A stretch of DNA of 63,412 bases from Candidatus Brennerbacteria bacterium RIFOXYC1_FULL_41_11 (GCA_001817215.1 MHHX01000012.1:4843-68254), one strand, 5' to 3'; positions 33,453 through 42,340 are shown, counted from the stretch's first letter. The notes: generated by a model not told the origin, from the sequence alone. Translations and numbers: made by a program.

Positions 33453-34367
33453 CTATTTGATGCCAGGCTTTTGGGATTTTTTATTTTGTCCGAGCCAGAA
33501 CTCAACGATCATCGGGCTGGCAATGGCAATTGAAGAGTAAGTGCCGACGCCGATACCGATTAACATTGCCAGAATAAAGTATTTCAAAGTGTAGCTGCCC
33601 CAGAAATAAACCGCGGCTAAGGCCAGGATAGCCGTCAAAGAGGTATTAAAGGATCTAACCAGGGTTTCGTTCAGTCCCAGGTTCACCAGCTCGACGAAAT
33701 TTTTTGTGTTCGAAGTTCTGATTTTTTCTCTGATTCTATCGAAAACGACAATGGTATCGTGGACGGAAAACCCCATGATCACCAGCATGGCGGTGACAAA
33801 ATTAACGTCGATCTCAACATGTTTGAAATTACCTAACCAAGCAAAAACTCCCAATGGGATAACGACATCGTGGAATAAGGTGAAGATCGTTGCTAGACCG
33901 TATTTCCATGAGGCAACGGGTCTGGAAGCGTGTCTGAACGCATAGGTAATGTAAAGCGAGATGCCAAGAACCACCATGACGATGGCTTGTAATGATTTCG
34001 ATTGCAAGGTCTTGCCGACAGTCGGGCCAATCGTTTCGAATCTTAGTTCTTCAAAGTCTTGAGAAAAATCTTTGAAAGAAGCAACCAGTTTTTGATGGTC
34101 TGTTTCGTTGATCTCCTTGGTTCTGATCGAAAATATCCCTTCTTCTGATTTTTGTACCAAAAGTTCTCCCTGAATCTGGGGCTTTAATAATTCTTCCACC
34201 TTTATTTTTTCCGGAGAGTTGTCTGTGAATCTGAATTCCCAAAGACTGCCGCCGGTGAAATCAATGCCGAATTTCAAACCCCACAAGATCAAGGCGGCAA
34301 GACTTAAAGAAATGGTGATGCCGGAGATGATGTAAAAAATCTTTCTTTTGCTGATGATGTCATACAT
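33453..34367 (-). CDS. secF: Protein translocase subunit SecF
   Basis: Six-TM SecF topology, DFTGG motif, follows secD. Confidence 0.9.
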   Translation of the reverse strand: MYDIISKRKIFYIISGITISLSLAALILWGLKFGIDFTGGSLWEFRFTDNSPEKIKVEELLKPQIQGELLVQKSEEGIFSIRTKEINETDHQKLVASFKDFSQDFEELRFETIGPTVGKTLQSKSLQAIVMVVLGISLYITYAFRHASRPVASWKYGLATIFTLFHDVVIPLGVFAWLGNFKHVEIDVNFVTAMLVIMGFSVHDTIVVFDRIREKIRTSNTKNFVELVNLGLNETLVRSFNTSLTAILALAAVYFWGSYTLKYFILAMLIGIGVGTYSSIAIASPMIVEFWLGQNKKSQKPGIK

Positions 34368-34479
34368 AAATTTAAGTCAAAATTAAAAGTTAAGGTGTGC
34401 GATTTCTTGTTTTTGGTTTTGATTATTTTGGATTTTTAATTTCACGTTTACTTTTTGGTCTTTGAATCTTGAATTCGCC

Positions 34480-35862
34480 TCACGCCCTAAACCACAGCTT
34501 ATGATTCACTCCTTTTGGCGACATGAAAGCCATGATTAATGTTCTTGAAACAAAAATAGCCGAAAACATACTGACAATCACTCCGATCAAAAGAGTTAAA
34601 GCAAAACCTCTGACAACCGAGGTGGTGAAAAAGTAAAGCACTAAAGCAGTGATAATTGTTGAAACATTGGAATCTCTGATTGACGGCCAAGCTCTCAAGA
34701 ACCCTTCTTTGACAGCCGCGTTTACTTCCCGGCCCTGTTTCAGTTCTTCTTTTATTCTTTCGAGAATCAGGATATTGGCATCAACAGCCATGCCGATAGA
34801 TAAAATAAAGCCGGCAATTCCAGCCAAGGTCATGGTGACGGGAATCAGTTTGAAGATGATCAAAACCAATGGCACGTAAACAATTAAGGCAATAACGGAG
34901 AAAAAGCCGCCGAGCCGATAAACAAAGATCATGAACAAACTGATGATGACGAATCCAATCAGGCCGGAAAACAAGCTTTTTTCCAGTTCTTGAAATCCAA
35001 GTGTACCGCCGACAGAACGTTGCGAAATCAAATTAATTGGTACCGGCAGGGCACCCTGATTAAGATTCCTTGCCAGAGTTTTTGCTTCTTCAACGTTGAA
35101 CTGGCCGGTGATTTGGGCTGAGCCGTTATTAATAGCCTCTTGAACTGTCGGCGCCGATAACGGCACGCCATCAATAAAGATGGCAATTCTTTTGCCGATA
35201 TTTCTCAGGGTTAATTCTTCAAATATTTTTGCGCCTTCTTCGTCAAAATTGAGTAAGACATTTGGTTGGTAAGTCGTTTGATTAAACTGAACTTCGGCTT
35301 TTTCTAGGTATCTACCGGTTAAAGAAGTTGCTCTGAAATAAGGATCTTCGAGCATGGCTCTCGGATCATTATTTTTTTGGGCTTCAAGAATCACGGCAGT
35401 TTCAGTTTCTTCGCGTTCCTCTTTGAACTCCAAGAACGGCGTTTGGCCAATAGCTTGAATAGCCTGGTTAATATCCTTGATGCCAGCCAGTTCGACAATC
35501 AAGCGCCATTCTGAGCTGGCTTTTGAGATTTCAATTCTTGGTTCTTCTACGCCGAAAATATTAATTCTTCTTTCGATGACGTCTTTCAAACCCTCGAGGG
35601 CCTGAGATTTTTCTGATTCAGGGATGTTTGCGAGGTCGGTTGAATAAGTTAAGGATGTGCCACCGGCAATATCTAGCCCGAGCCTGAATGTTTTTGGATT
35701 GAATCCGGGCAGTTTTAAAAACGAGATTTTGCTATTGATAAAATTAGCGGCCTGATTGTATGGTTCCGGGTAAACAAAAATTGCTGCAGCAATTGTCAGG
35801 ATTAAGATCAAGCCCAATAATGACCAGGCTTTTTTCTTTTCATTAACAAGGACAGAAAACAT
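34480..35862 (-). CDS. secD: Protein translocase subunit SecD
   Basis: Large periplasmic loop followed by the conserved C-terminal 5-TM block (GIAGFILSIGMAVDANILI.ERI.EE). Confidence 0.9.
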   Translation of the reverse strand: MFSVLVNEKKKAWSLLGLILILTIAAAIFVYPEPYNQAANFINSKISFLKLPGFNPKTFRLGLDIAGGTSLTYSTDLANIPESEKSQALEGLKDVIERRINIFGVEEPRIEISKASSEWRLIVELAGIKDINQAIQAIGQTPFLEFKEEREETETAVILEAQKNNDPRAMLEDPYFRATSLTGRYLEKAEVQFNQTTYQPNVLLNFDEEGAKIFEELTLRNIGKRIAIFIDGVPLSAPTVQEAINNGSAQITGQFNVEEAKTLARNLNQGALPVPINLISQRSVGGTLGFQELEKSLFSGLIGFVIISLFMIFVYRLGGFFSVIALIVYVPLVLIIFKLIPVTMTLAGIAGFILSIGMAVDANILILERIKEELKQGREVNAAVKEGFLRAWPSIRDSNVSTIITALVLYFFTTSVVRGFALTLLIGVIVSMFSAIFVSRTLIMAFMSPKGVNHKLWFRA

Positions 35863-36002
35863 AAAAAATGTATTAAGTAGTTTGTGGTAAATATTTAGAA
35901 AAGTTCAAGTGGATTCGGGATTTATTAAAGCATGAAAATCAACCTATTTCAATTGAGTTTTCAGTGCAAAAATGATAAAATTTTTTAATTAGAATTAAAC
36001 TT

Positions 36003-36075
36003 CCTCCCGTAGCTCAATTGGTAGAGCAATGGCCTTTTAAGCCAGTGGTTCTGGGTCCGAGTCCCAGCGGGAGGA
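36003..36075 (+). tRNA. tRNA-Lys (anticodon UUU)
   Basis: Hand-folded cloverleaf: acceptor CCTCCCG/CGGGAGG, D-arm GCTC-AATTGGTA-GAGC, anticodon loop CTTTTAA, T-arm CTGGG-TCCGAGT-CCCAG, discriminator A. No encoded CCA. Confidence 0.85.
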
Positions 36076-36082
36076 CAAATCT

Positions 36083-36313
36083 ATGAATGATACATTTTGT
36101 GTTTATGTCATTCAAAACCATTTAAGCAAAAAGATTTATATTGGCTACACCTCTGATTTATCCGTTCGGCTTAAAAGGCATAATCAAATACTACCAAGTA
36201 AAAAATCTTCTTTTACCTATAAAAATCATGGAATTTGGAAAGTTGTTTATAAAGAGATATTTAATTCAAAAGAGAAAGCGCAAGATAGAGAAAAAGAATT
36301 GAAAACTTCTTGA
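36083..36313 (+). CDS. Stand-alone GIY-YIG nuclease domain protein (76 aa)
   Basis: Sequence VYVIQN...KIYIGYTSDLSVRLKRHN ... matches the GIY-(x10)-YIG ... R..H core, and E (REKELK) is present. Starts 8 nt after the tRNA. Confidence 0.75.
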   Translation: MNDTFCVYVIQNHLSKKIYIGYTSDLSVRLKRHNQILPSKKSSFTYKNHGIWKVVYKEIFNSKEKAQDREKELKTS

Positions 36314-36366
36314 GGCAGAGAATTTATTCATAATTTTCTTAATGGTAGATCCGTCAACTGACGGAC

Positions 36367-36408
36367 TTTAAGCCAGTGGTTCTGGGTCCGAGTCCCAGCG
36401 GGAGGACA
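36367..36408 (+). repeat. Orphan copy of the tRNA-Lys 3' half (anticodon loop to discriminator)
   Basis: TTTAAGCCAGTGGTTCTGGGTCCGAGTCCCAGCGGGAGGACA is identical to 36036-36077. No matching 5' acceptor strand lies upstream. Confidence 0.85.
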
Positions 36409-36550
36409 TTTCGGCGTAAACAAAAAATAAACCGCCCCTTTTGGCAACTTCAAGTTTTTAAGAATTTGAAGACAAATCTTTGATTTGACTAAATCAGTTT
36501 TCTGGTTTATGATTTTGCTATCAAACCAAATTTTGCGAGGAGGCAAAATA

Positions 36551-36856
36551 ATGAAGATCTCGGTTTTAATATTGTTTGGGCCGACACCGGGTAATGCCTG
36601 GTATGGTGTGGCACGAAGGGGTATTCACTCACTCCTGTGGCGACGGGGTTTTGATGGTTCGCTGACCCTTAGGTACAGGGAAGAATCAGGGCTCGAAATT
36701 CGTTGCGCGGTGGAGCGCTACCTTCCCGTGGCAATTGCCTGCGATCTGGCAGAAAATATGGCTAAGATCGTTAGGGACGCGAGCGCGTCATCCGGCGTAT
36801 GCCATGTCTTTCAAGGGTCAGATGCGGAAACACCTTTCGTAACCAAGAGATTCTGA
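36551..36856 (+). CDS. Hypothetical protein (101 aa), G+C-rich cassette D
   Basis: ATG at 36551 is preceded by GAGGAGGCAAAATA. TTGACT-17-TATGAT promoter at about 36485-36513. No family recognised. Confidence 0.5.
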   Translation: MKISVLILFGPTPGNAWYGVARRGIHSLLWRRGFDGSLTLRYREESGLEIRCAVERYLPVAIACDLAENMAKIVRDASASSGVCHVFQGSDAETPFVTKRF

Positions 36857-36871
36857 GACAAAGGAGACAAA

Positions 36872-37117
36872 ATGTCTGATTTTTGCACTGTCCATAAACT
36901 GCCCTTCGGAAATCTAGTAAGGGGGTATCAGTATTTTCTTTATGTCACTGGCAAGGGTTACGCCACCGAAGATGCTGTCACTTTCGTTGATGCAGTATCT
37001 AACGGCGCGGTCTCGTTTTCCGAACCAGAGAGTCTTTGCCGTTTTGTCAAAGGTTGTGGCTGGACGATTGCCGAAGACTTACCAGAAGAGGTTAAACAGG
37101 CCTGGAAATCCGGTTAA
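36872..37117 (+). CDS. Hypothetical protein (81 aa), G+C-rich cassette E
   Basis: ATG is preceded by AAAGGAGACAAA. Followed by the hairpin at 37135-37164. Confidence 0.5.
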   Translation: MSDFCTVHKLPFGNLVRGYQYFLYVTGKGYATEDAVTFVDAVSNGAVSFSEPESLCRFVKGCGWTIAEDLPEEVKQAWKSG

Positions 37118-37134
37118 TCTTGATCACGTCACGC

Positions 37135-37164
37135 AATCAGCCACCCCGAATTGGGTGGCTGATT
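37135..37164. terminator. Bidirectional intrinsic terminator
   Basis: AAUCAGCCACCC-cgaauu-GGGUGGCUGAUU followed by UAUUUU. Lies between cassette D/E and the convergent HD gene. Confidence 0.75.
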
Positions 37165-37168
37165 TATT

Positions 37169-37762
37169 TTATAGTCCAATTTCTTCTGCCACTGCTTGCA
37201 TTGATTTCAAAGAAATTGTAATGAATTCCTCGAGGCTCAAACCGATTTTTTCCTGGCACATGGCAATCTCATCTCGGCGCGTGCCTTTGGCAAAGTTTGG
37301 TTCCCTGAATCTTTTCAAAATCCTCTCAACTGTCACATCAGCGATTTTTTTGTTTGGCAGGACCAAGGCCGTGGCGACAATCAAGCCCGTTAAAGAATCA
37401 CCGCAGAAAATCGTCCAGTCCATCAATGTTTTTGGTTCGGCGCCGGTATTGTGCCAATTATGAGCCGCCATGGTATAAGCAATATTTTCAGGAATTTCAT
37501 ATGCTTTTTCTCTTGCCCACTTTGTGATTTGAATTCCTTGCATATTGTCAGGCACGCCTTCGCAGTAATCGCCGTCGTGTAATAAGCCGGCTATCCCCCA
37601 CTCTTCTTTGGTCCCTGAAAGTCCTTGTTCTGATTTGCCTCGATTTTTCAGTTCGTCATAAATGCCCTCCATTAAAGCTTTCAAAGCCAACATGTGTTTA
37701 ACAATGTTTTCGTTTTTGACATGTTCGCGGATTAAACCTAACGACTGCTCTTTACTTATCAT
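37169..37762 (-). CDS. HD-domain metal-dependent phosphohydrolase
   Basis: Contains H...HD (KHMLA ... GLLHDGDY) with a downstream H/D. ~197 aa, typical stand-alone HD/HDIG size. Confidence 0.7.
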   Translation of the reverse strand: MISKEQSLGLIREHVKNENIVKHMLALKALMEGIYDELKNRGKSEQGLSGTKEEWGIAGLLHDGDYCEGVPDNMQGIQITKWAREKAYEIPENIAYTMAAHNWHNTGAEPKTLMDWTIFCGDSLTGLIVATALVLPNKKIADVTVERILKRFREPNFAKGTRRDEIAMCQEKIGLSLEEFITISLKSMQAVAEEIGL

Positions 37763-37796
37763 GATTTGTTTTTAATTTTTAGTTTCGAAATTTGAA

Positions 37797-38354
37797 TTAT
37801 GCTTTTATATCGCTCGCTATCGCGTTTGACAATCTCATTAAATCATCTGTCGGAATTTCAAAGATGGCATTTGGCGTCCCTGCCGCCGACCAGACTTTGT
37901 CAAATTTTATAAGATCTTCATCAATGAAAACAAATTTGATTGGTGTTTTGTGGCAAAAAGCCGGTACGCCGCCGATTGGGAATCCTGTTTTTTCATAAAC
38001 AAAATCTGCATCAGCCTTGCCGATCTGTGGATTTTCTATTCTCAAATTCTTAAGAATTTGAGAATAGGTTTGAAATAGTGCGTTTCTGAGCTTTTTTTCG
38101 GAAACCCGATTTGGTCCAGAAGTGATGACCAGGATCGGTTCTTCTACGATGCTTTCGGCCGGAATCCTTACCTCTGGCGTTAGAGTTGTCAATTTGAAAA
38201 TAATGCTCTTGGCGATTCTGGCGAGTTCGCACCCGGCTTGATTGGCGGCGTCTTGCGAGGTCCTGGTGGTTTCAGAAAACTCAAGCACTTTCACGGCCAC
38301 GCTGTTTTTGTTCAGAAAATTTTGAATTATTTGAGATTTATTCATAAAGCTCAA
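37797..38354 (-). CDS. YbaK/ProX-family aminoacyl-tRNA deacylase
   Basis: Contains K..IFK, RVSEKKL, TGFPIGGVPAF and a conserved C-terminal block. It also contains the palindromic element in frame. Confidence 0.7.
   Translation of the reverse strand: MSFMNKSQIIQNFLNKNSVAVKVLEFSETTRTSQDAANQAGCELARIAKSIIFKLTTLTPEVRIPAESIVEEPILVITSGPNRVSEKKLRNALFQTYSQILKNLRIENPQIGKADADFVYEKTGFPIGGVPAFCHKTPIKFVFIDEDLIKFDKVWSAAGTPNAIFEIPTDDLMRLSNAIASDIKA
38036..38067. repeat. Palindromic element, 32-nt perfect copy inside the ybaK-like CDS
   Basis: CTATTCTCAAATTCTTAAGAATTTGAGAATAG is translated in frame as YSQILKNLRI. Confidence 0.8.
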
Positions 38355-39601
38355 ATTTTCAGATCTTTTGGCGCCAGAATTACCTGCCTGATATCTTCCG
38401 GCTTCAAATATGTATCAACAGCTTTTTCAATATCCTTGATTGAGATCGATTCTATTTCTTTCATTATTTCTTTGTAGCTTTTTGGTTCTTCGCCGTGAAG
38501 AATATCATGGGCGGCATTTTCAATTATTCTTCCCGGATTTTCAAATGACAATGAAAGTCTGCCGAGGATTAAATCAATGGCTCTTTTTCTCAGACTTTCA
38601 TTGTTTTTATTGTTCTGGACAACGTCCATTGCTACTGTTATGGCTTCTTCATATTTTAACGGGTCTGTACCGATATAAATTCCCCAAAATCCAGCCTCAG
38701 CGTATCGATCGGAGATGGTTCCTGTGTGATAGCATAGTCCTCTTTTTTCTCTCAGTTCCTGGTAAAGAGGAAATGAAGATCCACCATCAATCATTGATGC
38801 AAAAAGTTCGAGCGTCAAGGAGTCTTTTGTGTCTGACGCCGCCGTCATCGAAGCAAGGATCAACTGTATTTGCTGGATATCAGATTTTTTTTCAATCTGT
38901 CTTCTTTCTGTATATTTTTCTATTTCTATTTTTTTACGATTGGTCGGATTCAACTTTCTCCTGTTGGAGAACGACTGGTCAAAAAGTTTTTGGGCTTCGT
39001 TCGGTAATATATTGCCCGCCACGACAATCGCAAAATTCGCGTTGTTATAGTATCTATTCAGGAATTTTTCAAAATCTTTTTTCTCAAAAGACAAAACTGA
39101 TTCGGACGTTCCCAAGCCCGATCTAGACAACGGATGGTTTTGGTACAGAAATTTAAAAGTGGCCATTTGTAGAAATCTTCCGGGATCGTCATTCCACATT
39201 TTTATCTCTTCGGCAATATTTTGCATCTCAATTTTGATCTTATCTTCTGGAATGCTTTGATTGTTGATAATTTCGTTCAAAAAGATACCGATAGTTTCTT
39301 GTTTTTCTTGTGGTACTCGGCAGTAGAAAAAAGTTCCTTCTTTTGTGGTGAAAGCATTGTGATAACCGCCGAAATCTTCGAGGTACGCGCCGACCCGTTG
39401 GCTATCTTGGAATATTTTTGTGCCTTGAAAAACCATATGTTCTAAGGCATGAGCCAATCCGGCTTCTTTTGGCCAGATTTCGTCTCTGGTGCCGGCTTTG
39501 ACCAGAACTCCGGCCGCGACGGTGTTGGCGTGCGGCAAATTCATGACGTAAAGCGGTACGCCGCTAGAAGTTTTTAGCTTTTCAAAACTAAGGTTTTTCA
39601 T
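38351..39601 (-). CDS. M16 (pitrilysin/insulinase) family zinc peptidase
   Basis: Inverted zinc motif HALEH (HxxEH) near the N-terminus. Two-domain ~416-aa architecture. Confidence 0.85.
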   Translation of the reverse strand: MKNLSFEKLKTSSGVPLYVMNLPHANTVAAGVLVKAGTRDEIWPKEAGLAHALEHMVFQGTKIFQDSQRVGAYLEDFGGYHNAFTTKEGTFFYCRVPQEKQETIGIFLNEIINNQSIPEDKIKIEMQNIAEEIKMWNDDPGRFLQMATFKFLYQNHPLSRSGLGTSESVLSFEKKDFEKFLNRYYNNANFAIVVAGNILPNEAQKLFDQSFSNRRKLNPTNRKKIEIEKYTERRQIEKKSDIQQIQLILASMTAASDTKDSLTLELFASMIDGGSSFPLYQELREKRGLCYHTGTISDRYAEAGFWGIYIGTDPLKYEEAITVAMDVVQNNKNNESLRKRAIDLILGRLSLSFENPGRIIENAAHDILHGEEPKSYKEIMKEIESISIKDIEKAVDTYLKPEDIRQVILAPKDLKI

Positions 39602-39966
39602 AAAGAAGTTTTAAATTCCAATCCTCTGTCATCAACGAAAATATAATTGCCGCCGCGAGGTTTGTTGAAAATAATCTTGTGACACTTGAAGCCATGCTCC
39701 CTCAACCAGTTCTCGGTGATTTCTTTGTGTTGTTCGTTTGTTCGTGAGGTGAAAAAAGTAATAATATTTCCGGCTTCAAAAAGAGCGTTGATTTTTTCTT
39801 TGGCACCCGAAATTTCCGAAACGATTTTCATTCTTTCGATGTCTTCATTAGGGCAGTCTTCACAGATAATGCCGTCAATGTCGACAATATAGTTTTTTAA
39901 GTGATCCGGAAGCTTTGGGCTTTTGGTTTGTCCGTTTTTAGTGATTTCAATGAGGTTGTCGTTCAT
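39598..39966 (-). CDS. Small HAD-superfamily phosphatase-like protein
   Basis: DIDG (DxDx) motif I, TSR motif II, NKPRG / VDD motifs III-IV. 122 aa. Confidence 0.5.
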   Translation of the reverse strand: MNDNLIEITKNGQTKSPKLPDHLKNYIVDIDGIICEDCPNEDIERMKIVSEISGAKEKINALFEAGNIITFFTSRTNEQHKEITENWLREHGFKCHKIIFNKPRGGNYIFVDDRGLEFKTSL

Positions 39967-40012
39967 TTTTAAACGAGTTAAGATTATTTAAGTTTTAATT
40001 TTAGCATATTTC

Positions 40013-40858
40013 ATGAGGTTTGGAGCGCATCTATCGATAGTCGGAGGCTATTCAGAAGCCTTAAAAAGAGCACAAAATATTGGTGCAGATAGTTTGCAGA
40101 TATTTTCTTCGCCGCCAAGAAACTGGAGGTTGAATAAACCAGACAAAAAATCAGTTGAGCTATTTTTGCAAACGAAAAAAGAACTCGGCATAGATCCTGT
40201 TTATTTCCACGCAACTTACTTGATTAATCTGGCCGGAGAGGATGCGGTGGCCGAAAGATCCGTTGAGTTTTTAATCAAAGAATTGAATATTGCTTCAACG
40301 CTTGGAATTCGGGGTTCAATCATTCATCTTGGTTCTTTCAAGGGTCACAAAACTCAAGAAGCATATAAAAAGTTTTTGAAAAACATTGAAAAAGTGTTAT
40401 TAAAAATTCCACAAGACTCAATGTTTATTATTGAAGGTGCGGGCAACAGAAAAATCGGCGTTACCTTGGAAGAAATTGCCGAAATTATTAATGACTTGGA
40501 AGACAAAAGAGTCAAGGTTTGCCTCGATACTTGTCATCTTTGGTCAGCTGGATATGACATTTCTGACATCAAAAAATTTGATCAGTTTTTAAAAGAGTTT
40601 GATGCGAAAATCGGGTTAGAAAAACTTGAGGCTTGGCACGTTAATGACAGTCGTGATCCTTTTGCTAGTTTACGCGATCGTCATGAAAACATCGGACAAG
40701 GCACAATGGGTTTAAAAACTTTTAAAGCTTTTTTGAATAATAAAAAAATAAATGACCGAGCATTTATTATTGAAACTCCGGGATTTGATGGTAATGGTCC
40801 GGATAAAAAGAATTTAGATATTTTAAAAAAGCTGGCAACCAATGCTAGCACTCCTTAG
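40013..40858 (+). CDS. nfo: Endonuclease IV (AP endonuclease family 2)
   Basis: TIM-barrel Nfo pattern: GAH.S..GG, HA.YLINL, H.GS, CLDTCH, H.NDS. Confidence 0.9.
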   Translation: MRFGAHLSIVGGYSEALKRAQNIGADSLQIFSSPPRNWRLNKPDKKSVELFLQTKKELGIDPVYFHATYLINLAGEDAVAERSVEFLIKELNIASTLGIRGSIIHLGSFKGHKTQEAYKKFLKNIEKVLLKIPQDSMFIIEGAGNRKIGVTLEEIAEIINDLEDKRVKVCLDTCHLWSAGYDISDIKKFDQFLKEFDAKIGLEKLEAWHVNDSRDPFASLRDRHENIGQGTMGLKTFKAFLNNKKINDRAFIIETPGFDGNGPDKKNLDILKKLATNASTP

Positions 40859-40865
40859 GCTATGA

Positions 40866-41726
40866 TTATTCAGCTTTTTGGCATCCCGGGCAAAAATATG
40901 TTCCCCTGCCGCCTAAGGAGATTCTCTTGATAATTGAACGGCATTTTCTGCAAGATTCACCGGATTTGCCGTAAACCGAAAAGTGGTTTTGATAAGTCCC
41001 CCGAGTGGTGTCGGGGTGAATGTAGTACTCGTCTGAAGCGCCGCCGTATTTCAAACCAAGTTTCAAAACTTTAATGATGTTTTCTCTCAAGCCGTTAACC
41101 TGTTTTGCGTTTAGCGTGTTTGCCGGCATGGCGGGATGGATTTTTGATAAATATAACGATTCATTAGCATAGATATTGCCGATTCCGGCGATTTTTTCTT
41201 GGTCAAGCAAAACTGTTTTGATCGGTCTTCTGGTGTTGGTGAGTGCTTTTGCAAAACTTTTTTGATCAAAATCTTTTCGAAATGGCTCAATGCCGTATTT
41301 TTGCAGTTCTTTATCAAGTTGAACATTTGTCAAAAGCTTTATCCACCCAAATTTTCTCATTTCATTGAAAAAAAGTTTCCCCCTCCCGATTGTCAGAATG
41401 ACCCGGGTTGATTTTGAGGGTAAAAACTCACCAACAGTCGGGATGACTCTTTTCAGCTTGATTTTTTGTCCGCCAGCTGGCGGATTGGATTGCCAGATGA
41501 GCTGGCCGCTTAACTTTAAATGGATAATCAAATTTTTTTGATGAGTCAGCTTGATGATCAAGAGTTTTGCTCGTCTTTCAACCGCAATAATTATTTTTCC
41601 AACAACAAGTTTGGGATTTTGCGGAAACTGTTTTTTTGATAAAACTTCAACTTTCGTGATTTTTTTATTCAAAATCGCTTTCTTAAGCTGTCGTCTTATT
41701 GTTTCGACTTCTGGAAGTTCAGGCAC
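40866..41726 (-). CDS. mutM: Formamidopyrimidine-DNA glycosylase
   Basis: N-terminal PELPEVE, H2TH region, C-terminal zinc finger C..C...(16)...C..C. Confidence 0.92.
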   Translation of the reverse strand: MPELPEVETIRRQLKKAILNKKITKVEVLSKKQFPQNPKLVVGKIIIAVERRAKLLIIKLTHQKNLIIHLKLSGQLIWQSNPPAGGQKIKLKRVIPTVGEFLPSKSTRVILTIGRGKLFFNEMRKFGWIKLLTNVQLDKELQKYGIEPFRKDFDQKSFAKALTNTRRPIKTVLLDQEKIAGIGNIYANESLYLSKIHPAMPANTLNAKQVNGLRENIIKVLKLGLKYGGASDEYYIHPDTTRGTYQNHFSVYGKSGESCRKCRSIIKRISLGGRGTYFCPGCQKAE

Positions 41727-41732
41727 GATTCA

Positions 41733-42242
41733 TTAATAGATTATTTCTGTATTGGGCAACATTGTTTTCAGTTGGCCGATGCTTGTTTCAGAGAATGTGT
41801 TGTTTTTAAGATTAAGAGTTTTGAGATTATTCTTTAAGTTGGCAATCTCGTTGGGAAAGGTGTCAATCTTATTGTTACTGAAATCAATGGCTTCGAGCTT
41901 GTATAGCTGTCCGATCTCGGCCGGAATTCCTGTTAGTTGGTTATCAGAGGCGTCAATGATCCTGAGATTCGACATTTTTCTGATTTCTGCCGGCAAGGCT
42001 CCGGTAAGTTGATTGTGATCGACATAAAACTCCTCTGTCTTTGAAAGATTTCCGATCTCTGCCGGCAAGGACTTTAGGCCCTTGTTCGACAAGTTTAATG
42101 TTTTTGAACCGGTAATAGTGTTTAGAAAATTATCCGGAATAATTTGTGTAATCTTTTGGGGTTCGCGTTGAACGATTTGCGAAATTAAAATCGATCCTGC
42201 GAAAATCAACGGAACGATTAAGAGAAAAATTAGTTTTATCAT
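41733..42242 (-). CDS. Leucine-rich-repeat protein with N-terminal anchor
   Basis: About five tandem ~23-aa LRRs (L..LP.EIG.L..L..L.L..N.L). Confidence 0.75.
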   Translation of the reverse strand: MIKLIFLLIVPLIFAGSILISQIVQREPQKITQIIPDNFLNTITGSKTLNLSNKGLKSLPAEIGNLSKTEEFYVDHNQLTGALPAEIRKMSNLRIIDASDNQLTGIPAEIGQLYKLEAIDFSNNKIDTFPNEIANLKNNLKTLNLKNNTFSETSIGQLKTMLPNTEIIY

Positions 42243-42340
42243 GTAGTTATTGTAGCAGTTTTATTCGACCCCAGATTAGCCAAGCCTCATTTGCTATAAT
42301 TGTTTATGAGACATCGGAAAAATTAATTTCTTACTGATCC

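Larger units (their letters stand above)
36077..36408 (+). mobile_element. Candidate GIY-YIG mini-cassette bounded by a duplicated tRNA-Lys 3' half
   Basis: 42-nt perfect direct repeats at 36036-36077 and 36367-36408 flank only the GIY-YIG ORF. Confidence 0.35.

Noticed and set aside
36330-36408. Second tRNA gene downstream of the GIY-YIG ORF
   Set aside because: Only the 3' half is present. The upstream sequence offers no acceptor 5' strand. The hairpin TCCGT-caactg-ACGGA has a 6-nt loop, so no valid cloverleaf can be drawn.
36942-37463. 173-aa ORF on the + strand spanning cassette E and the HD gene
   Set aside because: It overlaps in another frame the SD-supported 81-aa gene. It then runs antisense through the terminator and the HD-domain gene. 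The product is not protein-like.
38440-39126. 228-aa ORF on the + strand
   Set aside because: It is entirely antisense to the well-supported M16 peptidase gene. It is low-complexity F/L/S-rich with no start context. This is a typical shadow ORF.
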